Of a stretch of 64,000 nucleotides of DNA, positions 45,916-54,513 are shown one piece after another. Origin of the DNA: a virus (lineage: Duplodnaviria; Caudoviricetes); IMG/VR virus record IMGVR_UViG_3300037458_001303, positions 1-64,000 of that record; one strand, given 5' to 3'. The stretch's first letter is position 1. The number at the start of each line of letters is the position of its first letter. Both the position numbers and the translations under genes were made by a program. The notes beneath the pieces are model-generated. The model made no database searches and was not told the DNA's origin. It worked only from the letters and a program-made list of their open reading frames with translations.

Positions 45916-48132
45916 ATGATAAACGAACATGCTTGCGTCCCCACGATATCAGCGCAGGGGACTTTCTTCGCCACGCCCTGGACTTGGCTACCCGACCGCC
46001 AGGACATGGAGCAGTGCCGAAACAAGGACTACCGGCTGTCGACGTTCGAAACAGTTCCGCACTGCTTCTACTCCGGCTTCGTCGGCCGGGTCCCTTCGAT
46101 GCGGGTCTCGAAAGAAAATCCCGCGATGGAAATGAGGAGCTTCATCGCCGACATTGATGCCAAACTCTCCTTCGAGGTGCTGATCCGGGCCATAGAATCG
46201 ATCCCCGAAACGCGACGGCCCCGGTTTCTGGAGTCGACCTTGTCTGACAAGTGGCGACTCGTGTTTCCATTGGAGCGGCCATTTAGCTGGGGCAGCCTCG
46301 ACGACCCGTCGCGCTTGTGGGACGAGTTTCTGAAGCTACTTGCCGGAGAACTAAAGCTGACCGCCCTATTCGCTGAGTCACTCGATAAAAAATCGATGAC
46401 CACAACACAGGTTTGGTGGAATCACTGCAACTGGAGCAGCGCCGGCGACGCGTATTTCTTGCGGAAAGAACTGATCGACAAAATCGCTTGCGACGCGTTC
46501 GACAAGGTATCGCGCCGGCACAAGGTGGCTCAGGGGCGGCTCTCGAACCTCGAAGCGGCGAAGGAAGAACTGGGCCGACGTTACCCTCGTTTCCTGCAGG
46601 AATGGGATCCCGAGAACTTCAAGATCGGTGCGCGGGGCTCCTCGTTCTGGATCACGGGATCCCAGTCTCCGCTCTCCGCCATCGTCAAGGAAGAGGGTAT
46701 CTTCACGTTTGCGGATCACGCGGACCGGAGCTTCTACTCTTGGAAGGATCTCCTCGGGGAAGGCTATGTTGACAAAGACCACTCCGACCGCGACTATAAC
46801 ATTAACCGGACCTACTATTTCAACGACACTGAGAACCGGTTCTACAAACTCAAGAACGGATCGGAATGGTTGACGCTCACGCCCGAAGCGGTCCGGCAGG
46901 AGTTGGTGCTTCTTGGTCTATCTCCGCGGGTGGAGCGGGACGGTGGCGACTTGGTCGCCGAGGTGGACCAGTGCATCATCCGGCTGCGGAACATGAATCA
47001 GGTGTCCGGGAAGGGCCCGTTCATGTGGAACCCCGAGAGGATTATCCAGCCCAGAGGTTCCTCGAAGCGATACCTCAACTCGTTCTACGAAGTGAAGCCG
47101 ATTCCTCCAACCGCGGAGCGGACGCCCTGGGGCCCCGAGGGAAAGTTTCCGACGATCTCATGGCTCGTGGATCATCTATTCGAGGGACAAGATCGTGACA
47201 TGTGGCTGAGCTACGCAAAGATCGCGTATATCCACTTTCTTGAACGCAAGAAGCAACTCAAGCAAGCGCTGATTGTCGCTGGCCCGCAGGGCACTGGCAA
47301 GACGCTGCTGCAGACCGGCGTCCTGTCCGCGCTGCTTGGCGGCCATGGCCAGGGCAACGGCTATCTCACTATGGAAACCCGCTTCTGCGGAGAGATGTTC
47401 GACCACGCAGTAATCTGCGTCGATGACGGTGAGGGCGGCACCACCCAGGCCAAGCAACGCCAGATGACGGAGCGGCTCAAGACGCTCGTCTCCAAGTCCG
47501 GGGTTACCGTCGAAGAAAAGTTCAAGACTACATCCCGAGGCGAGTGGTTTGGTGTCATCACGATCTCGGTCAATACCGACGTCGGGTCGCTCCACAACAG
47601 CATGCCCGATACGACCATGGCGATCGCCGACAAGTTGATCATTCTCCGCGTCCATTGTCCGGCGACGGACGACCGGGAAGGTCTCCTGGGGATGAAGCAG
47701 CCCGAGTGGGAGAAGGTCATCGCCCAAGAGATCGCCTACTTTGCCGCATGGCTTTACCACACTTACCAGATCCCGGACTGGGCGATTAGCCGGGGGCGGT
47801 ATGAGCTGGTCCCCTACCACAACGAAATGATCATGACGGAGCTGGAGCACATGAGCGAGTATTTCCTCGCGTCCCGCATCATGACCAAGGCGATGCGCCT
47901 TTACTTCGGATCAGACCCCGAGGGAGTCAAGAAAGATACCTTCACTGGAGACCCCCTGGAAGTCTGGAGCTTGGTCGCACCCCTAATCCAGTCCAGCCGG
48001 GAAATGAACCAGCAGAGCTTCCTGAAACTGCTCATGAAGTTTGTGCAGAGCTCGCGTGTTCCGAATTCCTGGCTGCATTACGACCGCCTGAAGGGTAAGT
48101 GGACAGTCTACAAATCAAGGCTGCCGGCATGA
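45916..48132 (+). CDS. Primase-helicase (AEP-like N-terminus plus SF3/VirE-like ATPase)
   Basis: IADID and KWRLVFPL in the N-terminus; GPQGTGKT and CVDDG in the C-terminus. Confidence 0.8.
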   Translation: MINEHACVPTISAQGTFFATPWTWLPDRQDMEQCRNKDYRLSTFETVPHCFYSGFVGRVPSMRVSKENPAMEMRSFIADIDAKLSFEVLIRAIESIPETRRPRFLESTLSDKWRLVFPLERPFSWGSLDDPSRLWDEFLKLLAGELKLTALFAESLDKKSMTTTQVWWNHCNWSSAGDAYFLRKELIDKIACDAFDKVSRRHKVAQGRLSNLEAAKEELGRRYPRFLQEWDPENFKIGARGSSFWITGSQSPLSAIVKEEGIFTFADHADRSFYSWKDLLGEGYVDKDHSDRDYNINRTYYFNDTENRFYKLKNGSEWLTLTPEAVRQELVLLGLSPRVERDGGDLVAEVDQCIIRLRNMNQVSGKGPFMWNPERIIQPRGSSKRYLNSFYEVKPIPPTAERTPWGPEGKFPTISWLVDHLFEGQDRDMWLSYAKIAYIHFLERKKQLKQALIVAGPQGTGKTLLQTGVLSALLGGHGQGNGYLTMETRFCGEMFDHAVICVDDGEGGTTQAKQRQMTERLKTLVSKSGVTVEEKFKTTSRGEWFGVITISVNTDVGSLHNSMPDTTMAIADKLIILRVHCPATDDREGLLGMKQPEWEKVIAQEIAYFAAWLYHTYQIPDWAISRGRYELVPYHNEMIMTELEHMSEYFLASRIMTKAMRLYFGSDPEGVKKDTFTGDPLEVWSLVAPLIQSSREMNQQSFLKLLMKFVQSSRVPNSWLHYDRLKGKWTVYKSRLPA

Positions 48133-49004
48133 ACGACCCTTTCCTTAGTCTCCCGCGGCCTAAGCCGTTGTCGCGGACGGCTGAGCGAGAGCTTTTCTCC
48201 AAGCTGCATCGGTGCCTGAAGCGCAACCGGGATCCGAGAGATATCATGACCGAGATCTACAACCAATACATTCACTGGGCGGCCTTCTTGGTATCGCGCG
48301 GGTGCCGGTGGTCGGTCGACCGGAGAGAAGTGCTGTCGCTGGCTTGCGAGGTTCTCATGCGGACCGCCAACCAGTATGACCCAGAATCGGGTATTCGTTT
48401 CTGTAGCTACGCCCGGCATCGCATCGAAGGCGTCGGCCGCACCCAGTTGGCTGCGAAGTCCTGGCACAACGCCACGCACTGTTCCCCAAGCGATCAATGC
48501 CCGGACCCGGCGGACATCCAATACCGAAGCGCTATCAAGCAGCCCGACGAGGCGGTCGATGATTGCATCGATCAGGTCGATGCCAACCTCAGGGTCGAGC
48601 TCGTGCGACGATACCTCAAGGAAATTCCGCCCTTGACACGGCGGTTCATTCTCGCTTACTATTCGGGCGTCACGCTCAGAGAGCTTGGCAGAAAGCATAA
48701 CTTGTCACATGAAAGAATCAGACAGCTCATCGGTGCCGCACTCAACCAGCTCCGGAAAATCATTCCGAATGAATCAGGGGTTCCTCAAGAAGGGCTGGGT
48801 AGTCGAACTGTTCCCGGAAGGACCCTGCGAGATCGTCCTGGTCAACGACTGCAGGGCGGCAGCGGTTCCGCTGGCCAGAAGGGAGGTCGTAATCCAGCGG
48901 CCTCAGGGGGAATCCTCAGTCCGGTTTACCGCCGTCCGAAACGGCATCAACATCAGCCCGATGTCCGAGGTCAGGATACTGGCACGATCAAGGAGGGAGT
49001 ATGA
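48129..49004 (+). CDS. Phage sigma70-family RNA polymerase sigma factor
   Basis: Region 2 (EVLMRTANQYDPESGIRFCSYARHRIEG) and region 4 (TLRELGRKHNLSHERIRQL...ALNQLR). Confidence 0.8.
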   Translation: MNDPFLSLPRPKPLSRTAERELFSKLHRCLKRNRDPRDIMTEIYNQYIHWAAFLVSRGCRWSVDRREVLSLACEVLMRTANQYDPESGIRFCSYARHRIEGVGRTQLAAKSWHNATHCSPSDQCPDPADIQYRSAIKQPDEAVDDCIDQVDANLRVELVRRYLKEIPPLTRRFILAYYSGVTLRELGRKHNLSHERIRQLIGAALNQLRKIIPNESGVPQEGLGSRTVPGRTLRDRPGQRLQGGSGSAGQKGGRNPAASGGILSPVYRRPKRHQHQPDVRGQDTGTIKEGV

Positions 49005-49543
49005 TCGGGAGCATCGTGGGAGTGGATCTGGGGACCCGGACGGGGGTGGCGACATTGCCGCTGATGGCGGGGCAGTCGATCCGCGTGATGACGCTCGACC
49101 TGCTCGCCGAAAGAGAACGTCGACAGCTGACAAAAAGCAACCCGAACGCCCTGAGATTCTTTGACCCACGAGTGGAGCGCCTATGGAAGCAGATGACCGA
49201 TATCATCTCGATGTTGCCCGAGCCCGTGTTCTTGGCCTTCGAGGACGTCAGATTCGCAAAGTCTTTGGCTCAGGCTCAACTGTGGAGTTCTCTGAGAGGA
49301 GCGCTGTGGTGCCTACCGATACATCCCAGCCGGTTCTTCTCAGTCCCGACATCCACGCTGAAAAGCTATGCCGGCGCCAAGGGTCCGTCGAAGGAGGCGA
49401 TGGAGGCGGTGTTCCGGGCGAAGTTTCGCTGCCAGGGAACGGTTGACGACAACATGGTCGATGCGGCCTGGGTTCTGACCTGGGCTGCTGAGACTAAACT
49501 CGGTCTAACCTTGATTGGAGGTAACTATGGGAAGACGACCTAA
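49001..49543 (+). CDS. RuvC-like Holliday junction resolvase
   Basis: VGVDLGT, AFEDV, STLKSYA and DNMVDA. Confidence 0.8.
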   Translation: MIGSIVGVDLGTRTGVATLPLMAGQSIRVMTLDLLAERERRQLTKSNPNALRFFDPRVERLWKQMTDIISMLPEPVFLAFEDVRFAKSLAQAQLWSSLRGALWCLPIHPSRFFSVPTSTLKSYAGAKGPSKEAMEAVFRAKFRCQGTVDDNMVDAAWVLTWAAETKLGLTLIGGNYGKTT

Positions 49544-50204
49544 CAACTCGGAAGGAAAGACCATCCTTCCGGGCATTGGAGACACGACGCACTACCAGCT
49601 TACGACGTTGCTGTCGGCAGCTTCATCGATGATCCCCTTTGTCCTTGAAGGAGCGGTCCGCGTCGGTCCCGAGATGGAAAAGCCCGCCATGGACGGCGGC
49701 GTGGCTATGGCTGCGGCGTCCAGCTGCATCCGTGTCTTCAGCCGCATCGACGAGATACTCGACGACCCTCGCCGGTGGTCGGTAGATGGGGTAATCGCCA
49801 ACCAGGAGGTCGTCTCCGAGGCCGTTAAGACTCAGAAGAAGCTTCTGGAGGCGCAGCTGGCCCACGTCCAGCGCCCCAGCACTCGGTTGTCGCCCAAGCT
49901 CGGACGGACGCCGGCAGGAACCTGGGTGGCTGTCCTGGAGACTCCGGATCCGTCCTTCGCTCCGATCTTTGGGACAGGCCAAGATCCTGAGTCAGCATTG
50001 GCTGATTTCGACCGGTCATTCAAGTCTATCATGGGGGTCATGGAGGCCGTCGCCCGGCAGCCGGAGCCCAAACAGTCTGCGGAGCCGGGGTCGTCTGACC
50101 CGGGTCCGCCGGATCCGATGGAGAGGCTCCATCGCACGGCAGACGAAACGCCCAAGAAAAATCGACGACCAAGAAAGGATGCTGGAAATGATTCAAAAGA
50201 ATAA
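49527..50204 (+). CDS. Hypothetical protein
   Basis: GGAGG ribosome-binding site and ATG at 49527. Confidence 0.6.
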   Translation: MGRRPNNSEGKTILPGIGDTTHYQLTTLLSAASSMIPFVLEGAVRVGPEMEKPAMDGGVAMAAASSCIRVFSRIDEILDDPRRWSVDGVIANQEVVSEAVKTQKKLLEAQLAHVQRPSTRLSPKLGRTPAGTWVAVLETPDPSFAPIFGTGQDPESALADFDRSFKSIMGVMEAVARQPEPKQSAEPGSSDPGPPDPMERLHRTADETPKKNRRPRKDAGNDSKE

Positions 50205-51447
50205 CGCCTGGACTGCCGAGGACATCGAGAAACTGAAGAAGCTCCGCGCCGACGGCGTGAGTATACGCGACGCTTGCATCCAGATGGGGCGAAGCTACAA
50301 GAGCGTTGAGAATGCCGCGATGCGTTACGGCATTCCTGCTGCTGAGGCACAAGCTGACGTGACCGCAGAAGACGACTACTGGAGAGACCGATACAACGAG
50401 GTCAATCGAAAGTATGCTGCGTTGGTGAAAGAACGCACCGTGGTCGACGTGCTGGCCGAGTCGATCCGGGACATCGCGCCGCGTTCCTATGAGACGCAGC
50501 CGAGCCGATACGTCCCGCCGAAGGAACCCGTCAGTCAGCCACAGCATGCGGTGCTACACATTTCGGACAGCCACGTCGGTCAGGTGGTAAGCGCTGACCA
50601 GACGCTCACGTTTGGATCTTACGATACGCGCATCTTCCTGGACCGTCTCGCCTATCTGGAGCGCGCTGTGACCTCGATCTGCACCCAGCACGTCAACACG
50701 GATCTGCCCGTTCTACACGTATGCTGGGGTGGTGACCTTCTCCACGGTGATCTGCAGCATGCCAACGAGGCGGGGCACGTCATGACGTTGTTCCACCAGT
50801 ATTACGTCGCCGGGCACGCCTTCGCCCAGTTTATTCGAAACGTGAGCCAGCATTTCCGACAAACCATCTGCCACGGCGTCGTCGGCAACCACACGAGGTG
50901 GTCCAACCAGAAGAAGATGCCAACCGTCAATCGGTTCTCGAACCTCGATATGTTCTGCATGACGCTCATGGAAGCGCTGACACGAGAGGTCGCCGGCGTG
51001 AAGTGGGACCTGACCACGCAGCCGTTTGCCGAGTTCGAGGTTCAAGGCTGGCTCCACAGGATGGCCCACGGGGACCACCTGAAAGGCGGCGATCGAGCCC
51101 TGGGGATCCCAGCGCATGCGGTAGGACGCGAATTGTCGTCGACGGGTCAGCTCTACAGCAAGCATCGCAGGCGCCCCGTGAACTACTTCCTGCACGGTCA
51201 CCTGCACCGCCCGATGGAGCTTCCCCACGCCAACGGGGACGTCCTGGTGAACGGCGGCTGGCCGGGCGTCGACGAGTATGCGCTGACGAACAACTTCAAC
51301 CCGGTCGATCCGCAGCAGCGGCTGTATTTCGTTCACCCGCGTTTCGGGCGGACCGCCAACTACTATCTGAGTCTCCGTCACGCCGAGCCGGGCAGCGGGG
51401 CGAAGCATTACACACTTCCGGTGTTTGGAGGAAACAGCAATGAGTGA
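50179..51447 (+). CDS. Myb/HTH-fused calcineurin-like metallophosphoesterase
   Basis: WTAEDIEKL HTH, then ISDSHVG, GDLLHG, VGNH, AHGD and HGHLH. Confidence 0.8.
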   Translation: MLEMIQKNNAWTAEDIEKLKKLRADGVSIRDACIQMGRSYKSVENAAMRYGIPAAEAQADVTAEDDYWRDRYNEVNRKYAALVKERTVVDVLAESIRDIAPRSYETQPSRYVPPKEPVSQPQHAVLHISDSHVGQVVSADQTLTFGSYDTRIFLDRLAYLERAVTSICTQHVNTDLPVLHVCWGGDLLHGDLQHANEAGHVMTLFHQYYVAGHAFAQFIRNVSQHFRQTICHGVVGNHTRWSNQKKMPTVNRFSNLDMFCMTLMEALTREVAGVKWDLTTQPFAEFEVQGWLHRMAHGDHLKGGDRALGIPAHAVGRELSSTGQLYSKHRRRPVNYFLHGHLHRPMELPHANGDVLVNGGWPGVDEYALTNNFNPVDPQQRLYFVHPRFGRTANYYLSLRHAEPGSGAKHYTLPVFGGNSNE

Positions 51448-51637
51448 ACAGCAAAAAGTTCTCGATGTAATCGAAGCGGAAATCAATTCGCTTCCTGACG
51501 AGGCGCAGAACCGAATTCGCCGGGTCATCGCTTACCTCATGGGCCTTGTCGCCAGCGATCGGGCGGCGGTTACCATCGCCATCGCTTACGTTGGTGCCTG
51601 GGCCCTGGTGCAGCAGGAGAAAGAGGAGCGTCAATGA
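51440..51637 (+). CDS. Small hypothetical protein
   Basis: GGAGG ribosome-binding site; coupled to neighbours. Confidence 0.5.
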   Translation: MSEQQKVLDVIEAEINSLPDEAQNRIRRVIAYLMGLVASDRAAVTIAIAYVGAWALVQQEKEERQ

Positions 51638-51938
51638 AGTTTCGTTTCACGATCATCGCGCAAGTTGCCATCCCGGTAGACGACCCCAAGGCGTGGCCTG
51701 CGGAATCCGAATTAGCGGGACACGTTCTCAGGAGCAAGGGCATCCAAGGATCGTGGATCGAGATCTCGGATGTGGAGGAGGCCAACCAGAAGTGGGACGT
51801 TCTCCTGGGGGAGCACCGGTTTATCCAGCGCCGGCTTCAGGACCGGATCGAGGTCCTGGTCGTGCCTATGGAGGGCTGCGAAAAAAAAGTTGAAAATAAT
51901 GTTGACCTGCCGCCGGAATCGGGTAAATTGTCCGGCGT

Positions 51939-52712
51939 ATGAAGAAACTAAACTTAGTCCTCCACACCGGCGGGGCGCACGCCTCCCGTAACGAAATCTC
52001 GGCTGTCCGCACCCCGATGCCCGAAGGCCGATGGCACCCGCTGCCCCACATCGATCTGATCAATCAGGTCGAGCGCAGTCTCGCAGACCGAGGCATCCAG
52101 GTGGTCAATGAAGCGTTTGCCCTGGCCAAGGGCGGCAACCGTATGTTTGGAATGATGCAGCTGTCCGGGCAGAGCAACCCGGAAGATTACTCCTGGATTG
52201 CCGGGATCCGGAACAGTCACGATCAGAGCTTCCCCGTGGGGCTCGCGATCGGGTCAGGCGTGTTCGTTTGCGACAACCTCGCCTTCAGCGGCGAGATCGT
52301 CTTCAAGCGCCGCCACACCACCAACGTCCTGGAGGATCTGCCGGCGCTGACCACCACCGCGATCGCTGCCCTGGCGAACGGGTGGACCAGCCAGGATGTC
52401 CGGATGGAAGCCTACAAGTCCCAACAGCTCTCCCGGGCCGGCGCCGCGGAGCTGATCATCGACCTCGCGGAGAACGACGTCCTGAATACCCGGCAGGTGC
52501 TCCCGGCATTCAAGGAATGGGACTGCCCGCGCCACCCGGAGTTTGCCGCGCACTCGAACGTTTGGCGATTGTTCAATGCCGTCACCGAAGTCATCAAGCC
52601 GCCGGTCGACAAGTCCGGGCTCCGGAAGGGGCATTACCTCTTCGAGCTGCCGGCGAAGACCGAGCGGCTTCACAGTCTGTGCGATGCCGCGTGTGACCTG
52701 ATGGTCAACTGA
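51939..52712 (+). CDS. DUF932-like phage/plasmid protein
   Basis: PLPH...V, GLRNSH-like IRNSHDQS...GSGVFVCDNL and RRHT motifs. Confidence 0.75.
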   Translation: MKKLNLVLHTGGAHASRNEISAVRTPMPEGRWHPLPHIDLINQVERSLADRGIQVVNEAFALAKGGNRMFGMMQLSGQSNPEDYSWIAGIRNSHDQSFPVGLAIGSGVFVCDNLAFSGEIVFKRRHTTNVLEDLPALTTTAIAALANGWTSQDVRMEAYKSQQLSRAGAAELIIDLAENDVLNTRQVLPAFKEWDCPRHPEFAAHSNVWRLFNAVTEVIKPPVDKSGLRKGHYLFELPAKTERLHSLCDAACDLMVN

Positions 52713-52723
52713 GACTGGTCAGC

Positions 52724-52770
52724 AAAAAGAAACCCGGTGCAGGGTAACCCGCACCGGGTTTCATGCTTTT
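52724..52770. terminator. Bidirectional terminator at the early/late convergence
   Basis: AAAAA-GAAACCCGGTGC...GCACCGGGTTTC-ATGCTTTT. Confidence 0.8.
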
Positions 52771-52777
52771 GGGTGGG

Positions 52778-53014
52778 TCAGTAGCCGAGAGCTCTCAGGT
52801 CAGTAGCGACTGCCTGGAACAGATCCGCGACTTGCTCCAGATTCTCGAATCCGATGTTGCCGCGTTGCGCGCCGTTGATCTTCAGTTCAGCCTGAAGCGC
52901 CGTTCCCGTTTTTGTCAGCGTGAATTCATAAGCCGTTCCGCTGATGTCGTCCGTCGCGAGCCACTTACGAACTGTGGGCTCTTCCTGGTTCCATGTGAGG
53001 TTTTCGCCTGCCAT
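52778..53014 (-). CDS. Small hypothetical protein
   Basis: Last gene of the minus-strand unit. Confidence 0.55.
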   Translation of the reverse strand: MAGENLTWNQEEPTVRKWLATDDISGTAYEFTLTKTGTALQAELKINGAQRGNIGFENLEQVADLFQAVATDLRALGY

Positions 53015-53059
53015 TGTTTTCTCCGTCGTTGGGTTGTGGTTTGGGTTTTCCCGCCCTCC

Positions 53060-53842
53060 CTACGGAAGGCGGAAATTTATGAAGGTCTCCGCATAGACCC
53101 GTTCCTCCGGTCGGATCGGGCGAGACCCATGTAATTCGGTATGCTCGCCCTGGAGGATACGTTCCGGGTGTCCAGGTGGCCAGCTACGTCCTAAACGACG
53201 GTTGTGCCAGTCTTCCCACCAGCCTGGATCGCTCTCGGAAGAGGTGACTCGCCCCGCTATCTCGGCCTCAAAGAGCTTCCGGGAGAAGAAAGCCTCGTCA
53301 ATACCCCACCAGCCGTCGGCAATGTCCGGCCACATCACTTTCACTCCAGACCGTCGGACGGTTTCCAACGCGCGGTCCCAATCGCTAAACCCAAGGATCC
53401 GCTGAAACACCTCGGACGTGGCGACGAGATGCGTGGACGGGTAATAGTTGCAACCGAACACCTCGCCGTGGTCGTCATAGCATCGGCTTCCTGCGAACCC
53501 AACGAACAGGTCCGCACGGATGATAGAGGTTGCGTCTATGAATCGGCGGGAGAGCGGAACTTGGTCGAGACCGGAGGTCATCACGACTTCACCAGGATAC
53601 TGGCACGCGCCCCACAGCAGAGCGATCGTGGGCACCCAGTTTCTTGGCGGCTTGGTCCCGATGCCGAGTGGGACCTGGACGTGGATGGCATCCATTCCCG
53701 GCGGCTGGTTCAGAGGCTGGTCACCGCAGTAGACCACGGTGGACCGGATTCCCAGCCTAGCGTAGGCGCGCGCGTTGAGCGCAAGGTAATCCCCGAATTC
53801 GCCCGCGCCATCCCAACCAAAGATGACACGATCGATCCGCAT
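53060..53842 (-). CDS. Glycosyltransferase-like protein
   Basis: MRIDRVIFG...MTSGLDQVPLS...YYPSTHLVA...GIDE...ELHGSRP resembles the KIDRVI.../SDIDM.P phage GT-like family. Confidence 0.5.
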   Translation of the reverse strand: MRIDRVIFGWDGAGEFGDYLALNARAYARLGIRSTVVYCGDQPLNQPPGMDAIHVQVPLGIGTKPPRNWVPTIALLWGACQYPGEVVMTSGLDQVPLSRRFIDATSIIRADLFVGFAGSRCYDDHGEVFGCNYYPSTHLVATSEVFQRILGFSDWDRALETVRRSGVKVMWPDIADGWWGIDEAFFSRKLFEAEIAGRVTSSESDPGWWEDWHNRRLGRSWPPGHPERILQGEHTELHGSRPIRPEERVYAETFINFRLP

Positions 53843-54393
53843 CAGATCGCTTTGGCCTGGATGCCAGCCAGGACATTCGACGCTCCTGGTGGCGTCGGTG
53901 GCACTAGATTGCTGAGCCGGCCCTGCTGGGTCTTGTTGACCGTGGCGGCTGGTGCCTTGGGCATTCCTTGCGGGGTTGGCGGGACCATCCCAGCGGCGGG
54001 CGCCGCTACGGGGGTTTCACCGCCTTCCGAGGGCGCAGCTCCAGTCAGCTCACCGTATTCCGGAAAGATCTCCATGAGCTTCCCGGCGTTATCGGCGGCC
54101 ACCACCTCGTCCTGGGAGATGACTACCGGGTTGAATAGGGCTACGGATTCGTCCTTCGCCCGGTAGAATTCCAGCCCCATCTTCTCGCGGATGAACTGGG
54201 CATGCTCGCCAACAGCATCCGCCTGGGCGTAGGTCTTCTCCCGCGGGACGATCACGCCAGGAATCTTCTGCTCCAGGACGAGCCTAACTGCCGGATCTTT
54301 CGCTACCGGATCCGGGATCTTCAGCTTACCGGCTGGAGCTTCCGCAGCCGGCATTCCGGCCGGCGGCGCCATCTGGACTTCATTCAGTGCCAT
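53842..54393 (-). CDS. Hypothetical virion-associated protein
   Basis: 183-aa ORF with Pro/Ala-rich ends, in the internal-virion gene run. Confidence 0.55.
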   Translation of the reverse strand: MALNEVQMAPPAGMPAAEAPAGKLKIPDPVAKDPAVRLVLEQKIPGVIVPREKTYAQADAVGEHAQFIREKMGLEFYRAKDESVALFNPVVISQDEVVAADNAGKLMEIFPEYGELTGAAPSEGGETPVAAPAAGMVPPTPQGMPKAPAATVNKTQQGRLSNLVPPTPPGASNVLAGIQAKAI

Positions 54394-54513
54394 CTTCGTT
54401 CTCCTCTTCGTCTTCCTCGCCGACGCCGAACAGTTCCTTCGCGCCTTCGACGAATAGTTTCATCTCTTCCTCGGTCAGCCCGAGGTCTTCCAATGTGATG
54501 TCTCGATCCGTGA

